57,735 nt of DNA, taken from positions 1-57,735 of the IMG/VR virus record IMGVR_UViG_3300028837_001890; one strand, given 5' to 3'. Shown here in pieces: positions 56,497 through 57,735 of the stretch (the stretch's first letter is position 1; every line of letters starts with the position of its first letter). Position numbers and translations under genes: made by a program. The notes beneath the pieces were generated by a model. That model did not search any database and was not told where the DNA came from. It saw only the letters and a program-made list of their open reading frames with translations. The stretch comes from a virus. Lineage: Duplodnaviria > Caudoviricetes.

Positions 56497-57620
56497 TGAT
56501 AACGCTTGAAATAAATGGGACGCAATATGATGCTTTTGAATCAATTAAAGTGAATCGTAGAATTGATTCTATATGTGGTTCTTTTCAATTTACATCTCCA
56601 ATTAAAAATTTAAATGAGTTTCCTTTTAAATCGAATGATGCAGTAGTTGTAAAAATAAATGAAGCGTCAGTTATTACAGGATATATTGAAAAATTTGCTT
56701 TTGGTTATGACGCAACCGGATCGGATCATATAGTCCTTTCGGGGCGTGACAGAACAGCTGATATTGTAGATTCTACATTAGATGCAAATGTTGAATATCA
56801 AGCACCTATAGCACTAAAACAAATTGTAGAATTAGTACTTGCTAATATTGGAGCTTTTAATATTAAAGTTAAAACAAATGTTCAAATTAAAAATTTTGAG
56901 TTAAATGACATCCGTAACGATGTTAAAGCTAACATAGATAATATTACAATAGTTCCAGGCGCTGTTTCGGCACGTTGGGGTCAGAATGCATTTAAATTTA
57001 TAGAACATTATGCCAGAAAAAGACAAATACTTGTAACAACAGATGGTGAAGGAAATGTAGTATTAACACGTTCTTCTAAAACTCCTATTCAAACAAAATT
57101 AATCAATGTTAAAAACTCCCCACATGGAAATATTAAATCGTCCTCATTTATAAAAAATAATAGTAAACGCTACGGCACATATACATTTAGAGCGCCTCCG
57201 AATTTATCAGCTGAAACTTTAGCGTCTTATACAGAAGCTATGAAAAAAGGAGATGATCTTAATTTAACATATACAGTTATTGATGACGAAATTCGTGAGT
57301 CACGTACATTAAATAAAATGGCATCTAATGTAGCATCACTTAAAGATTTACAAGAATATGCTAAATGGGAAAAAGAAATTAGAAGAGTTAATAGTTTTAA
57401 TTATACTATAAAAGTCCCTGAATTTTTAGCTCAAGAAGATGGTTTGATATGGCAACCTAACATGTTGGTGGCTATAATAGATGATTTTACAGGTTATGAC
57501 GACTTTGGTTTAATTAAATCTGTTACATATGAAGCAGATAAAATTAATGGGCGTGTTACTACATTAAATATTGTTCAAAAAGACGCTTATACTTTAGAAG
57601 AAGAGAGACCTCAAGAATGA
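56496..57620 (+). CDS. baseplate hub (Mu gpP/gp44-like)
   Basis: VITGYIE, SGRDRTADIVDS, WQPNMLV. Confidence 0.9.
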   Translation: MITLEINGTQYDAFESIKVNRRIDSICGSFQFTSPIKNLNEFPFKSNDAVVVKINEASVITGYIEKFAFGYDATGSDHIVLSGRDRTADIVDSTLDANVEYQAPIALKQIVELVLANIGAFNIKVKTNVQIKNFELNDIRNDVKANIDNITIVPGAVSARWGQNAFKFIEHYARKRQILVTTDGEGNVVLTRSSKTPIQTKLINVKNSPHGNIKSSSFIKNNSKRYGTYTFRAPPNLSAETLASYTEAMKKGDDLNLTYTVIDDEIRESRTLNKMASNVASLKDLQEYAKWEKEIRRVNSFNYTIKVPEFLAQEDGLIWQPNMLVAIIDDFTGYDDFGLIKSVTYEADKINGRVTTLNIVQKDAYTLEEERPQE

Positions 57621-57735
57621 TTAATGAAGTAATTAATAAACTACAAAATATTGTTAAGTATGCGTTTATAACATTAGTTTCTAAAGATGATAAAGTTGAA
57701 GCCCATCAAGCAAAAGTACAGTATCAAGGAAGACA
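57617..57735 (+). CDS. partial baseplate spike (Mu gp45-like), runs off window
   Basis: ATGA overlap, open to window end; synteny only. Confidence 0.55.
   Translation, partial: MINEVINKLQNIVKYAFITLVSKDDKVEAHQAKVQYQGR

Noticed and set aside
39552-57735. Stop-codon reassignment or diversity-generating retroelement
   Set aside because: Genes are intact under the standard code, no suppressor tRNA, and no reverse transcriptase or TR/VR pair seen

Overview
AT-rich fragment of a large tailed phage (myovirus). The right part (39.5-57.7 kb, + strand) is a virion operon: terminase, HK97-type portal/protease/capsid, Mu-like sheath, tube, chaperones with a -1 frameshift, tape measure and baseplate. The left part is mostly minus-strand accessory genes behind many near-consensus sigma70 promoters: three DNA methyltransferases, nucleotidyltransferase, RNA ligase, HD hydrolase, LemA, GroES, Fis, HslV-like protease, orphan antitoxin, OM beta-barrel, ankyrin and F-box-like proteins, and seven tRNAs. 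These point (by inference) to a gammaproteobacterial, possibly Legionellales/Coxiella-like, host. Main finding (34.45-35.37 kb): a promoter drives a Cas7/RAMP-like gene flanked by three non-coding arrays of WGY-NN pentamers with a shared 3' tail. Read as a gapped NNx code, two arrays spell recognisable excisionase-type HTH (GTLAVWRSTxRY) and tyrosine-integrase (ASYLAMNxAS) motifs. This suggests an RNA-guided system aimed at rival integrative elements, with the codon wobble base skipped. Also notable: an array of small genes separated by dif-like 11-6-11 sites (8-12.5 kb), a DnaA-box/iteron origin-like region, and non-canonical tRNAs (Ile-AAT, Lys with C33). All protein assignments are motif recognition by eye; no searches were run.
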